The notes beneath the pieces were generated by a model. That model did not search any database, had not been told where the DNA came from, and worked only from the letters and a program-made list of their open reading frames with translations. From Scenedesmus sp. PABB004 (lineage: Eukaryota): a stretch of DNA of 64,000 nt. The position numbers were made by a program, and so were the translations under genes. How positions within the stretch are numbered: the first letter of the stretch is position 1; every line of letters starts with the position of its first letter. The stretch is taken from assembly GCA_014905635.1 (NCBI GenBank), contig JABVCE010000052.1:1-64000 (forward strand), in the 5' to 3' direction. Positions 1 through 11,924 of this stretch are shown in pieces.

Positions 1-227
1 CCTAAACCCTAAACCCTAAACCCTAAACCCTAAACCCTAAACCCTAAACCCTAAACCCTAAACCCTAAACCCTAAACCCTAAACCCTAAACCCTAAACCC
101 TAAACCCTAAACCCTACAACCTAAACCCTAAACCCTAACCCTAAACCCTAAACCCTAAACCCTAAACCTAAACCCTAAAAACCTAAAACCTAAAACCTAA
201 AACCTAAAACCTAAACCCTAAAACCTA
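1..227 (+). repeat. Telomeric repeat array (CCCTAAA)n = TTTAGGG type, with degenerate proximal units
   Basis: Perfect CCCTAAA units from position 1. Variants appear from ~115 (CCCTACAA, CCCTAA) and CCTAAAA units at ~171-227. Confidence 0.97.
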
Positions 228-372
228 GACTACGACTTCTAATGCAGAGGTCGGGGTGCTCCATCGGAGCGCGGTGCCACGCCGTCCAAGAACGCTCGTG
301 GCTGAGGCCGAGCAGACGCCGACCGCGGGTAACGTTGCAGGCGCCTGCGCGGGCGGGCACGAGGCAAGCAGC

Positions 373-435
373 TTAAGGGGCGCGGGACCAATGGGCGCGA
401 GCCTGTGGTGTAACTATCTCTATCTTTGTTTTTAA
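373..435 (+). repeat. 63-bp subtelomeric direct repeat, copy 1 (TTAA-bounded; hairpin + TGTAA + TATCTT tail)
   Basis: TTAAGGGGCGCGGGACCAATGGGCGCGAGCCTGTGGTGTAA is identical to 800-840, followed by a TATCT(C/T) tail ending in TTAA. Confidence 0.9.
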
Positions 436-799
436 GCAGCGTTCCCCGCCGCGGCCGGCCCGCCGCGGGCGCTGCAGCAGCACAGGCAGCACCGGCGCCG
501 GCCGCGCCCTCGGACGCGCGGTCTCGCTGCATGCGTCGATGCTCGGCTGTTGTGATTGACGCGCCACAACGGCAGCGGATGCGCACTCGCACGGCGCGCG
601 GCCGGCGACGATCCCGGCCTCGCCCGTCGTGAAGGGGCTCTCCATTGCAGGCGCCGCTGCGATGGATGGCCCAGTCGGCGTCGCTCTTGATGATCGCTCT
701 GGAGCGTGGCAGCCAGGCGACAAGGCTGCCGCAGCCTCGTGCAGGCGAAACAGCTAGCTGCCCATGCCGCTCATCGCTGACCACTCCGAACAACCGTCC

Positions 800-862
800 T
801 TAAGGGGCGCGGGACCAATGGGCGCGAGCCTGTGGTGTAATTATCTTTATCTTTATCTTTAA
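800..862 (+). repeat. 63-bp subtelomeric direct repeat, copy 2
   Basis: Same core as 373-435, with tail TTATCTTTATCTTTATCTTTAA. Confidence 0.9.
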
Positions 863-1366
863 CAACCCCGCGGCGTGCGGCGCACGCAGCGGCCCCCGGC
901 GGGCCCCCGCGCCACCGGCCTCGGCGCCGCCGCCAAGCCCCCGGTGCACGACGACCCACCGCCTGTATGCCTCACCGTGCAAGCGTCGCCGGGCCGCGCG
1001 GCGGGCGGTGCCGCGCACCGGGGGCGCGCGCGCGCGCCGCGGCCCGCGCCCGCCGGCGCGGCGGCCGGCCGCCGCGCCGGCGCGGCTGCCGCGCCGTGCG
1101 ATCGCCTGGTCATCCGCGCTGGTGGCGCTGGTGCGCCGGCCCTGCGCCAGCGCTGAACCGCGGCGGATTCGGTGCGTCCTGCTGCTGCTGCTGCTGCCGC
1201 AGTGCCGCCGCACAACGGCCGCCGCCCGCCTCCGCGCACGGCACGCACCTTTGGCGTCTGTCGAGCGCCAGCGGGCGCCTGGACGCGCGCCCTGCGCGCC
1301 TCCAACCGCTTTCGGCCGGCCCGCCCGGGCTCGCTCGCCGGCCCTCGCCCGGTGAAGGCCGGCGCG

Positions 1367-3801
1367 ATGGGCCTGGGCCCGCTCCCGACCGCGCCAGCCG
1401 GCGTTCCCGCCGCTGGCTACGGCGGCGGCGGCGGGCAGCAGCTCACTGCCGCTGTCGTGGTCGTCTGCTGCGTCGCCGCCTCGGGGGGCCTCCTGTTCGG
1501 CTACGACCTGGTGGGCCCTGCAGCGCTGCGCACAGCCCTAGCCTGAGCCGTCTGCTCGGAGCACAGGGCAGACGCAGCGGCGGCGGCCGCTGCCGCCGGT
1601 GACGCCGCTGCCGACGCTCGCGCGTGCCGCGGCCGCCCGCGCCGCAGGGCGTGACGGGCGGCGTGATGGCGATGCACAGCTTCCAGGTGGGCCGGCGCCA
1701 GCCGCCCCGCGCCCCGTCCAGCCCGCAGCAGCGCCCAGCCCGCCGCGTGCCGCGCGCCGTGTGGGCCGCTGACCGCACGCCCGCCCGCCCGCCCGCGCGC
1801 GCGCGCGCGCGCGCGCGCGCGCGCGCGGCAGGCGCTGTTCTTCCCGCACCTCGCGGCCGCGGCGGCGGCGGCGGCCAGCCCGTGGTGCTCCTACGCCGAC
1901 GCGGGGCTGCAGCTCTTCACGAGCGCCATCTTCCTCGCCGGCGCGTGCAGCACGTTGGTCGCGGCGGGCCTGAGCGCGCGGGGGCGCAAGCTGACCATGC
2001 TCCTTGCGGGCCTGTGCTTCCTCGCGGGCGTCGCGCTCTGCGCCACCGCGCGCGTGCTGGCGGCGCTCATCTGCGGGCGCGTGCTGCTCGGGCTGGGCGT
2101 GGGCCTAGCTAACCAGGCGGTGCCGATCTATCTGTCAGAAATGGTGCGCGCGCGGCGTCGCCCGGCGGCGCGCCGCGCCGGTGGCAGCGGCGGCAGCGGC
2201 TGCGCGGCGGCGCGCGCGGCTGAGCGCGCGCTCTCACGCTCTGCGGACCTGGCCGCGCTGCGCTGCGCTGCGCTGCGCTGCGCTGCCCCCCCCCTCTTTA
2301 GGCACCGCCGTCGCTTCGGGGAACGCTGAACATCACGTTCCAGCTCGCGACCACGTTTGGCATGCTCGTAGCGCAGCTGGTCAACCTCGGCACGGCCCGA
2401 TTCGACTGGGGCTGGCGGCTCAGCATCGGCCTGGCCGGTGAGCGCGCGAGCGCGGCGCGGCGGGCGCGCCGCGGCGCCCTGCGAGGAAGCGCCGCCGCGC
2501 AGCCCCGCCGGCCCGGGGCGCCCACCCGCCCCGCGTGCGCGCGCAGGCGTGCCGGCCCTGATCCTCACGCTGGGGGCGCTGGTCCTGCCTGAGACGCCGT
2601 GCTGCCTCGCGGAGCGGGGGCGGCCCGACGTGGCGCGGCGCGTCCTGGCGAGGCTGCGCGGCGGCGAGTCGGCGCAGGTGGAGGCGGAGATGCGCGACAT
2701 CCTGAGCGCTGCGCAGGCGGTGCGCGCGCCGCGGGGCGGCATGCCGGACCACGGCGGCGGCAGCGGCCGCCCGCGCGCACCGCGCCGCGCCGCCCTCACC
2801 AGTCTCGGCGCCGGCGCCTCCGCGCGCGCCCAGAGCGCGGGGCAGAGCACGTGGCGCGCGTGGCGGCGGCTCTTCTCTCGAGGCTGCCTGCCCGAGCTGA
2901 TCAGCGGCACCGCGGTCGCCGCGTTCAGCCAGGCAAACGGGATCAACGCTTTGTTGTTCTATTCAGCCGCTGTGTTCGCCAGCCTCAAGCTCGCCACGCA
3001 CGTCGCGCTGCTGAGCGCGTGCGTCATCGGCGGAACCCTGTTCCTCGGCACGCTCGTGTCGATGGTCCTGGTCGACAGGTGCGCGCGCTGCCCGCGCGCG
3101 CGCGCCCGCCGGGTGGCGGTGGCGGCGGCCGCGCGCGCGTGGTCACGCGCGGGCAGCGCGCACGCGGGCGGCGGCAGCGGCCCGCATGCACGCCCCTGCG
3201 AGCGCCGCCGCCGCCGCCGCCGCCCGACCCGCCGCGCAGGGTGGGGCGCCGGCCGCTGCTGGTGCAGGGCGGGCTGCAGATGCTGGTCGGCTTGCTGGGC
3301 ACGGCCATCGTGCTCGCGGTGGTCTCGAGCGGCTGGGACGCGGCGGCGCTCGCGAGCGGCGCGTCGCTGATGAGCCACGGGACGGCCGAGGCGGTGCTGG
3401 TCTTCATGTGCCTGCACGTCGCGGGCTTCAGCTGGAGCTGGGGCCCGCTCGGCTGGTGCGTCCCGAGCGAGATCATGCCCCTGCGCGTGCGGTCAACGGG
3501 GCAGGCCTTCTTCACGTGCGTGAACTTCATGTGCGCGTTTGCGGGGACCCAGACCTTCTTGTCGCTGCTCTGCGCCATGCACTGGGGCGTCTACCTCTTC
3601 TTTGCTGTGTGGGTCGTGGCCATGGTTGCGTACGCCTGGGCCCTGCTGCCGGAGACGCGCGGCTGGCCGATCGAGCGCATGGACGAGCTCTGGGCGCGGC
3701 ACTGGTTCTGGCGCCGGCTCGCGCCGCCGGCGGCGCCGCACGAGCTGCCGCAGCATCAGGGCGCCGCCGCGGCGGGGGCTGACTGCCGCGACGGGGCCTG
3801 A
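1367..3801 (+). CDS. MFS sugar porter, HUP/STP-like hexose/H+ symporter (multi-exon)
   Basis: Motifs [82 protein letters not shown] at 3937-3941. Confidence 0.93.
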
Positions 3802-3936
3802 CCGCGGCGGCGAGTGACCGCGGCGACGGGGCCTGAACGCCGCGCCGGCGCCGCGAGACCGGGCGCCTGCCCGCGCACTCCTGCGTCTGATCAGCCTGCC
3901 CCCCCATTCGCTTCCATTGGTTCAGCGATTGTTTCA

Positions 3937-3941
3937 TGTAA
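3937..3941 (+). promoter_or_regulatory. Chlorophyte polyadenylation signal TGTAA
   Basis: Lies ~135 nt after the transporter stop. Equivalent signals at 6886-6890 (+) and 20467-20471 (-) follow other stops. Confidence 0.6.
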
Positions 3942-4303
3942 GCACGCGTGCGCACCTGGCCGGCGCGGCGGGCGTGCTGCGCGCGCGGCGCGGGCGGCGG
4001 GCGCGGCGGCCACGGCGCTGCGTCCCCGTGCTGCTCCTTGGCGTGCTGGTGCACGCCCCCGCGTTGCCTGGGCGTGTGAGCGCCTTCAGCCAGGGGTTTC
4101 GGGGCTGAACAGCAGCGGCTGCTGCCCCCTCGCCTCCTGCGCGCCCTGGCGTTCCGGTCGCCCCGCCCGCCGTCTACCCCGCACTCCCGTCTCTCGGCGC
4201 CCCACCTCTGCGCAGGCCGCGCCTGCGAGGCCCGTCCTGCTGCTCGCCCCGCAGCAGCCTGCTGCTCCGGCTCGCGCGCTTGGGCCGCGCCTGACCGGCG
4301 ACG

Positions 4304-6809
4304 ATGCTGCCGGCCGTGGCCGCCGCGTGGCCGGCGGGCGGCCTGGCGCAGCACCTGGGCGGCGTGCTGCAGCATGCCGGGCGATGGTGGGCCACTGCGG
4401 GCGATCAGGGCCACCCCGCGCCGCAGCGCGCCCGCCTCGGCACGCCTGACCCGCCCGCTATCGCCCCGCTCAGCCTGCGCGCCATGAGCGGCGCCGCAGC
4501 GCCGGCCGCGCCGGCCGCTGAGCGGACGAGCTTCGGCAACCTCAAGGACGAGGACCGCATCTTCACAAACATTTACGGCCGCCACGACCCCTTCCTGAAG
4601 GCGCGCGCGGCCGCGGAATGCAGCGGCGCGCCGCGCCGCCCGGCAGCGGCGGCGCGTGGCAGCGACGGCGGCAGCAGCGGCCGAGCGCCCCGCTCGCGCG
4701 CCGCGGCCGCAGGGCGCGGAGGCGCGCGGCGACTGGTACCGCACCAAGGACCTCGTCGTCAAGGTGCGGCGCGGGCGGCGGGGGTGGCGCCAGTGGCAGC
4801 GGGCCCTGCGCGGCGCAGCGGCGGCGGGCCGCGCGCCGCTGGCCGACGCGCGGCGCGCCGTGCGGCGCGCTCTGCGGCGCCGCAGGGCAGCGACTGGATC
4901 GTGGACCAGATGAAGAAGAGCGGCCTGCGCGGCCGCGGCGGCGCGGGCTTCCCGTCGGGCCTCAAGTGGAGCTTCATGCCCAAGGTGCGTGCAGCAGCGC
5001 CAGCGCCGCCCCGCGCGGGGCGCGCGGCCAGCTGCGACGGCAGCGACGGCAGCGCGGCCGGCGGCCGAGGCGCGCGCGCGCGCGCTCCCCTGTGTCGCCA
5101 GGTGTCTGACGGGCGGCCGAGCTACCTCGTGGTCAACGCTGACGAGAGCGAGCCGGGGACGTGCAAGGACCGCGAGATCATGCGCCACGAGCCCCACAAG
5201 CTCGTGGAGGGCTGCCTCATCGCGGGCGTGGGCATGCGCGCGCGCGCAGGCTACATCTACATCCGGTGAGCACGCCCCGCCGCCGCGCGTTGCGTCTGGC
5301 GCGCGGGCGCCGGCGCAGCGCGCAGCGCAGCGCGCAGCGCGCAGCGCGGCCCGCCGCCGTCGCCGCCGACGCGCCCCCGCCCTCCATCCTGCCGCGCGCA
5401 GGGGCGAGTTTGTGGCGGAGCGGCTCGCGGTGATGCGCGCGGTGGAGGAGGCGTACGCCAAGGGCTACCTGGGCAAGAACGCGTGCGGCAGCGGGTACGA
5501 CTTTGACCTCGCCGTGCACTACGGCGCGGGCGCCTACATCTGCGGCGAGGAGACGGCGCTCATCGAGTCGCTCGAGGGAAAGCAGGCACGACACCCGCGC
5601 ACCCCCGCGGCAGCGCCCGCGCCCCGCGCAGCAGCGCGCGCGCCCCGCGCGGCAGCGCGCGCGCCGCGGGCGGCGGCGCTGCGGGGCGCGCCGAGCCGCC
5701 GCGCCGCGTGCAGGGCAAGCCGCGTCTCAAGCCGCCGTTCCCCGCGGGCGTGGGGCTCTACGGCTGCCCCACGACGGTGACCAATGTGGAGACGGTGAGC
5801 GTGAGCCCGACCATCCTGCGGCGCGGGCCCGACTGGTTTGCGGGCTTTGGGCGCAAGAACAACAGCGGCACCAAGCTCTACTGCATCAGCGGCCACGTCA
5901 ACCGCCCCTGCACCGTGGAGGAGGAGATGAGCATCCCGCTCAAGGAGCTCATCGAGCGCCACGCCGGCGGCGTGCGCGGCGGGTGGGACAACCTGCTCGC
6001 CATCATCCCCGGCGGCTCCAGCGTGCCCCTGCTGCCCAAGGCGCGCCGCGCCGCGCGACACGCGCTGCGCCCGCGCGCGGCGGCCGCCCGCGCGCTCGGC
6101 GGTCGCCCGCGCCCGCGCGCCCCCGCCGACCGCGCGGCGCGCCGCCCGCGCCCGCGCCCGCGTCGCGCGCAGCCGATCTGCGACACCGTGCTGATGGACT
6201 ATGACGCGCTGAAGGAGGTCCAGAGCGGCCTGGGCACGGCGGCGGTGATCGTGATGGACAAGAGCACCGACGTCATCGACGCCATCGCGCGGTGCGATGC
6301 CCCCCCCCCCCCCCGGCCCCGCGCCCGCGCCCGCGCGCGCCCGGGCGGCCGGCCGGCCGTGGCGCTGCCGCCGGCTCACCCCGCGCGGCGCGCGCAGGCT
6401 GTCGTACTTTTACAAGCACGAGAGCTGCGGCCAGTGCACGCCGTGCCGGGAGGGCACTGGGTGGCTGTACGACATCATGACGCGCATGGTCAAGGGCGAC
6501 GCGCGCGTGGAGGAGATCGACATGCTCTGGGAGATCACCAAGCAGATCGAGGGCCACACCATCTGCGCGCTCGGCGACGCCGCCGCCTGGCCGGTGCAGG
6601 GCCTCATCCGCCACTTCAGGCGCGCGCGCGCTGCCGCCGCCCGGGGGGCAGCTCGGCGGCGAGCGCGCGCGCCCGCGCGCGCGGCGGCGCCCGGCGCCCT
6701 GACGCCCCCGCCCCGCTCCACCGCCCCCCGCTCCACCGCCCCCCGCCCCAGGCACGAGATGGAGGACCGCATCAAGTTTGCCCACCAGGAGCGCATCGCC
6801 GCGGCGTGA
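4304..6809 (+). CDS. NDUFV1: NADH:ubiquinone oxidoreductase 51-kDa flavoprotein subunit (NuoF), 9 exons
   Basis: [78 protein letters not shown]. Introns 4601-4712, 4764-4885, 4985-5101, 5266-5401, 5586-5713, 6041-6172, 6292-6397, 6620-6751. Confidence 0.97.
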
Positions 6810-7137
6810 GCAGCGCGCAGGGACGGCGACTGGTAGTAGCAGCTGGGCTGGTTTGCCGGCGCTCCAAACTACTAGTAGGCAGATGTGTAAGCAACGGCTG
6901 GCTGTGTGCGCGCGCAGATCTGCGGTCGAGAGTTGGCCGCCGCGTCTGCCGTGCGAGCGGCGCAATATCGGTCAGCAGGGTCGGGCGTTGCTACATGCGC
7001 CGCGGCGAGTGCCAACTGCAGTTCTGCAGCCCCGCTGCTACGCGGCCAGCCAGCCGGCCTGCATGAAGATGGGGCAGTCTCAAGAGTCCCCCCCTCCACC
7101 GCCACCCCGCTCGCCGCCGCCGCGTCGCCGGCGCGCC

Positions 7138-8492
7138 TCAGCCGCGCCACGACCTTCGCTGCAGCTCGCTGAAGGCCCAGTCCAGCTCCTCCTCCGGCAC
7201 GTAGCCGCCAGCCTTGTAGCGGTCCACCACGGCCTTGACCTTGCGCAGCGCCTCCGCGTCCTCGGCCGCGATGCGCGCTCGTGCCGCCTCGATGCTCTCC
7301 GACGCGGTCGCGCGGATGCGCTGCTGCGCGGCCGCGACCGACTCGTACGCTTGCGAGCGCAGCCGCTCGCGCGCCTCCTGCGGGCGGCGGCGGCGGCGGC
7401 GGCGCGTTTGAGCGCAACCACCCGCTGCGGGCCGGGGCTGCGCCGCACGCCGCGCCCGCCGCACCTCGAGCGACTCGTTGGCGCGCCAGGCCGCCGCGCG
7501 CCCCGCCGCCTTGGCCTCCTGCTCTGCCGCGGTGATGCGTGCGCGCGCATCTGTCAGCGAGCGTTCCCAGGGCGCTTCGAAGCCGGCGGGGCCGCTGGCG
7601 CCCTGGCTGCCAGCGCTGCTACCGGCATCGCCGCTGCTGCGGCGGCTGCTGTCGGCACTTGCGCTGCTGCTGCCGGCCATCGCGCGGGCGCTGCCAGCGT
7701 CCGCTTGCGGCGGCGTTGCGGGCCCGCTGGCGCTGGCGCTGGCAGTCTGCTGCGCGGCGCCGCCGCCGCCCAGCAGCTCCATGAGCTCCGCCTGCTCCTG
7801 CCCGATCTTCTCCGCCAGCTTTGCGGCCAGCGCGTAGTTGACCTGGCTGCGGCCGCTGGTGCGCGCCAGCACCTCGGCGACGGCGACCTTCTCCTGCAGC
7901 ACCGCGCGCGCGCCCGGCTCGTCGCCCTCGGCCACCTTGTCGAGCGCGAGGCGCTCCAGCAGGCGGGCCATCTCCTCGAGCTTCACCGCGGTGCGCGCGC
8001 ACGACTCGGCTGCGCCTCCGCGCGGCCGGCGGCGGCGCGGCGTGGCGGGCGTGGCTGTGTGTGAGGGCACTCAGCAGGGCCAAACCAGGGCCCTCGATCC
8101 CCCGCGCGCTCCACGTCCGCTGGCGCGCATCACTGCCGCGCGCGGCACGGCGCACCCGTCTTGACTGCATCATCGCGTTCGGCCTCGAGCAGGCGCAGGC
8201 CGTCGGTGAGCGCCAGGATGCGCGTGTCAGACGCCTCACTGTTGCGCTCCGGCACTGCGGCGGCGGCGGCCGCGCGCTCGCGAGCGCGCATGCATGCGCC
8301 GTGCTGCGGCAGCAGCACCGCACCTGCCCTGGCGAAGCTGGCCCGCGCCCAGCTGGAGGAGCCACGCCATTGGCGGAGGGCGGGTCGTTGCGGGGCGCCG
8401 CGTGGCGGCCAGGCGGCGGTGCGCCGCGCCGCACGGCAGCGCAGCAGCGGCGCGCGCGGCAGCGCCGGCCCCAGCGCGCTGGCGGCCATCAT
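7138..8492 (-). CDS. Hypothetical helical/coiled-coil protein with transit-peptide-like N-terminus (about 3 exons)
   Basis: MMAASALGPALPRAPLLRCR...LLEAERDDAVK joins via a GT-AG intron to AESCARTAVKLEEMARLLE..., ending WAFSELQRRSWRG*. Normal amino-acid composition. Confidence 0.7.
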
Positions 8493-8834
8493 GGCGCGGC
8501 GGGAGACGGCCACGGCAGGCACCGAGCGACGTGGCGGCTCTGGGCGGCCTGTGGGCTCCCCAGCTCGCGTCCGCAGGCGCGGGCATCGTCAGTGACACTC
8601 GGGCTTTTTCCGGCCAAATCCGCGGTGCCTCGCCGCGTGCAGGCGCCCAGCGCGCGCATTAGGTGACAGGCGCCCGACGCTGCTTCGCGCCGCCAGCCCC
8701 GTCCGGCTGCGCAGAGCGGCGGCCGGAGCAACGAGCCGCTGCGCCCGCCGCTGCCGCGCACCCCGCGCCAGCGGCGGCCATGCAGGCGCTCGCGCGGCAG
8801 CCCGGCGTGGGGTGCGCCCGCGGTGCCGGGGCCA
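8421..8834. repeat. ~414-bp direct duplication, copy A (bidirectional promoter plus both start codons)
   Basis: Near-identical to 19949-20360. Confidence 0.93.
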
Positions 8835-10337
8835 CGGGGCGCGGCGCCGGCGCGGCTGGCGGAGCGGTGAGGGCCGCCAGCAGCGGCAGCGGCGGCGCGG
8901 CTGGCGGAGCGGCGAGGGCCGCCAGCAGCGGCAGCGACGGCGCGGCTGGCGGAGCGGCGAGGGCCACCGCAGCGCCGGGGAGCTGGCGCATGCCTGCGCG
9001 GCGAGGGCCGCCGCCGGCAGCAGCGGCAGCGCGGCTGGCGGAGCGGCAGGCGTTCAGCAAGCGCGAGGTCGTGCAGCTCGGCTCGCTGCAGGTGTCGCCC
9101 ATGGGCCTCGGCACGTGGTCATGGGGCAACAGGCTGCTGTTCGGGTACGATCCGAGCATGGACGGCGAGCTGCAGGCCGCGTTCAACGCGAGCGTCGCGG
9201 CGGGCGTGAACATTTTTGACACTGCCGACAGCTACGGGACTGGCACGCTCAACGGGCGCAGCGAGACGCTGCTGGGCCGCTTCATCCGGGAGTACCCAGG
9301 CTCGCCCCGCGTCGCGGCCAACCTTCACGTGGCTACCAAGTTCGCGTCATATCCGTGGCGCCTGACGCCGGGCAACATCGTCGCGTCCTGCAAGGGCAGC
9401 CTGCGGCGCACGGGGCTGGACCAGCTCAGCCTCGGACAGCTGCACTGGTCCGCCAAGAAGTACTTCCCGCTGCAGGCGCGCGGCAGCGGCGGCGGCGCGC
9501 GCAGCGCAGCGCAGCGGCGCCGCAGCGCGCCGCCGAGGTCTGCCGCCGCCGCCGTCGGTGCGCAGGAGTGGGCGCTCGTCAACGGCCTGGCCGACTGCCA
9601 CAACCAGGGGCTCGTCGCGGAGGTCGGGGTCTCCAACTATGGCGCGCGGGAGCTGCGCCGCGTGGCGCGCGACTTTGAGCGGCGCGGCATCAAGCTCGCG
9701 TCGGCGCAGGTGCGGCGCCGCTGGGGCGGCGGGGCGCCGCCGGCGGCCCGCGGCGCGCGACGCCCCGCCGCCCGGCGCGCAGGTGCAGTATTCGCTGCTG
9801 AGCTGCGGCCCCGCACAGCGCGAGGTCGCGGCGGTCGCGGCCGACCTGGGCGTCGTGCTCATCGCCTACAGCCCCCTCGCCCTCGGCCTCCTCACCGGTG
9901 CGCCGGGCCTCGCGCAGCGCCGCGGGCAGCACGGGGCTGCCGCCGCGAGCGGGGCTGCTGCGTGTGCGCGCGTGCCTGCGCCGAGCGGGCCCCGCGCGCG
10001 CGGCCGCGCCGCCGGCGCAGGCAAGTACAGCGAGGCGTCGCTGCCCCCCGGACCGCGCGGCGGGCTGTTCAAGCGCCTGCTGCCGGGCATCGCGCCGCTC
10101 ACGCGCGCGCTGGACGCCGTCGCGGCCAGCCGGCGGAGGACCGTTTCGCAGGTCGCCATCAACTGGTGCATGGCCAAGGGCACGGTCCCCATCCCTGGCG
10201 CAAAGGACCTCGCCCAGGCACGGGCCAACCTCGGCGCCCTCGGCTGGCGGCTCAGCGCGGGGGAGGTCGCGGAGCTCGACGCCGCCGCCGCGCGGTGCAG
10301 CAGCGCCATGGTGCAGAACATCTTCCAGACGGCCTGA
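8780..10337 (+). CDS. PLR1: Aldo/keto reductase, plant PLR1-type pyridoxal reductase
   Basis: VSPMGLGTWSWGN, FDTADSYGTG.LNG.SE.LLG, VATKFASYPWRLT, VGVSNYG, AYSPLALGLLTGKY, QVAINWCM.KGTVPIPG, C-terminal MVQNIFQT. These match Arabidopsis PLR1 as I recall it. Confidence 0.88.
8849..8965 (+). repeat. 45-bp coding tandem repeat (GAAGGA.RAASSGS.) x~2.6 in the PLR1 N-terminus
   Basis: Units start at 8849, 8894 and 8939. Confidence 0.85.
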
Positions 10338-10613
10338 CGATGATGATGCTGCGCTGGCTGCTGGGTCGGCGCGCAAAAACGCGGCGGCCTGGCGGCGCGC
10401 AAACGCAGCGGCGGGAACCGGCCGCTGCGCCACCCCGCGTGGCCCCAGACTCTGCCCGCGTGTGCCAGAACGCATCACCGCCACGAGCGCCGACCGGTCG
10501 ACCGCAGCGACCCCGCCCAGCCGCAGTGCGCCGCGGGCGTGCCTGGAATCATCAGCTGTGCTTGCTGCCCCGCCTGCTCGCGGAGCGGCGCCCGGCGCCC
10601 GGCGAGGAGAGCT

Positions 10614-11924
10614 ATGGCGACGGCGTGCGTGCCTCCGGGCGGCGTCATGAACCTCAGCGCGCTCAAGGAGTACGTGCAGGGGAGCAGCAGCATGCAGGCG
10701 GCCGCGGAGAGCACGGTGCAGCTCTTCATCACGCACAACCACCTGCGCGCGCGCTTCCCGGAGATACGCCTCGACAAGCACGTGCGCGGGCCCCCGGGCG
10801 AGGAGGGGCCCGCTTGCTGCGTGCGCGCGCCGGCCGGCGCTGCGTGCTCGATTCAAGCGCCGCCGCCGCCGCCGCGGTCGCGCGCGCAGATGAGCGTGGC
10901 GGCGGTGAAGGCCAAGATCAACACCATGACCGGCACCAGCCTGCTGAGCATGAGCCTGCAGCTCAAGGACGAGAGCGGCAGGCTCGTGGCGGTGCTGGAC
11001 GACGAGGCGCGCAAGCTCGGCTTCTACGCGCCGCGCGACGGGTGCGCCGCGCGGCCCGCCCCGCTGGCGCTGGCACCGCCGCCGCCGCCGGCGCCTCGCA
11101 CGCGCCCCCCGCCGGCGCGCGCTGCGGGGCGGCGGCCGCCCAGCGCGCCGTGGCGCGGCGCCGTTGCTGCTGCGCCGACGCAGGTGGATGCTGCACGTCG
11201 TGGACAGCGACGAGAGCAGCCTGTCGGCGCAGGGGTGGCTGGAGGACACGAGCAAGGTGGCTAAGTACGTGATGAGCGAGGAGGAGTACGCGGTGCGGGA
11301 CAACACGTACCGGCGCTACAAGGAGGCCAAGCTGCGCGACGACCCGAGCTGGACGCTGGAGAAGGAGATGGCGCTGCGCCGGGGTGCGCCCGCCACGGCC
11401 CGCCCGGCCCGCCCGGCCGCGCGTGCCGCCGCGCCGCGCCGCCGCCGCAGCTGCCCTGATCCTGTCGCCGCGCGCAGGCGTGCCCTACACGCCGCCCGCT
11501 GAGGTGGGGCCCGACTTTCAGGCGGAGGAGGCGGCCGAGCTGCACGCGGGGCAGCGCTGCTGTGTGGAGCCGGGCGAGCGGCGCGGCGAAATCAAGTGCG
11601 CGCGCGCGCGCGATGCGCCGCCGCCTGCGCATTGCCTGCCCCTCCCCTCAGCAGCCCGCTCTCTCAGGACGGCTCACCGCCCGCCGCCGCGGCCGCTGCC
11701 ACGTCAGGTTTGTGGGGCGCGTGGAGGGCCTCGCCGCGGGCTGGTGGGTCGGCGTCGCGTTTGACGAGCCGCTGGGCAAGAACGACGGCAGCGTCAAGGG
11801 CCGCCGCTTCTTCACCGCGGCGCCGGGGCACGGGGGCTTCGTGCGGCCCGACAAGGTCACGCCCGGCGACTTCCCGCCCCTGGACGACTTCAGCAGCGAC
11901 CTCGGCAGCGACGACGAGATCTGA
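10614..11924 (+). CDS. TBCB: Tubulin-folding cofactor B (ubiquitin-like + CAP-Gly)
   Basis: Ubl region (KLGFYAPRDG|WMLHVVD, VAKYVMSEEEY) and CAP-Gly WVGVAFDEPLGKNDGSVKGRRFF...GDFP, C-terminal DDEI. Confidence 0.93.

Noticed and set aside
685..755. Possible hammerhead ribozyme (TGATGA...GAAA) between the subtelomeric repeats
   Set aside because: The core reads TTGATGA rather than CTGANGA, and I could not build the three helices.
373..862. CRISPR or integron-like array interpretation of the two direct repeats
   Set aside because: There are only two units with a ~365-bp spacer, the context is eukaryotic, and no cas or integrase gene is present.
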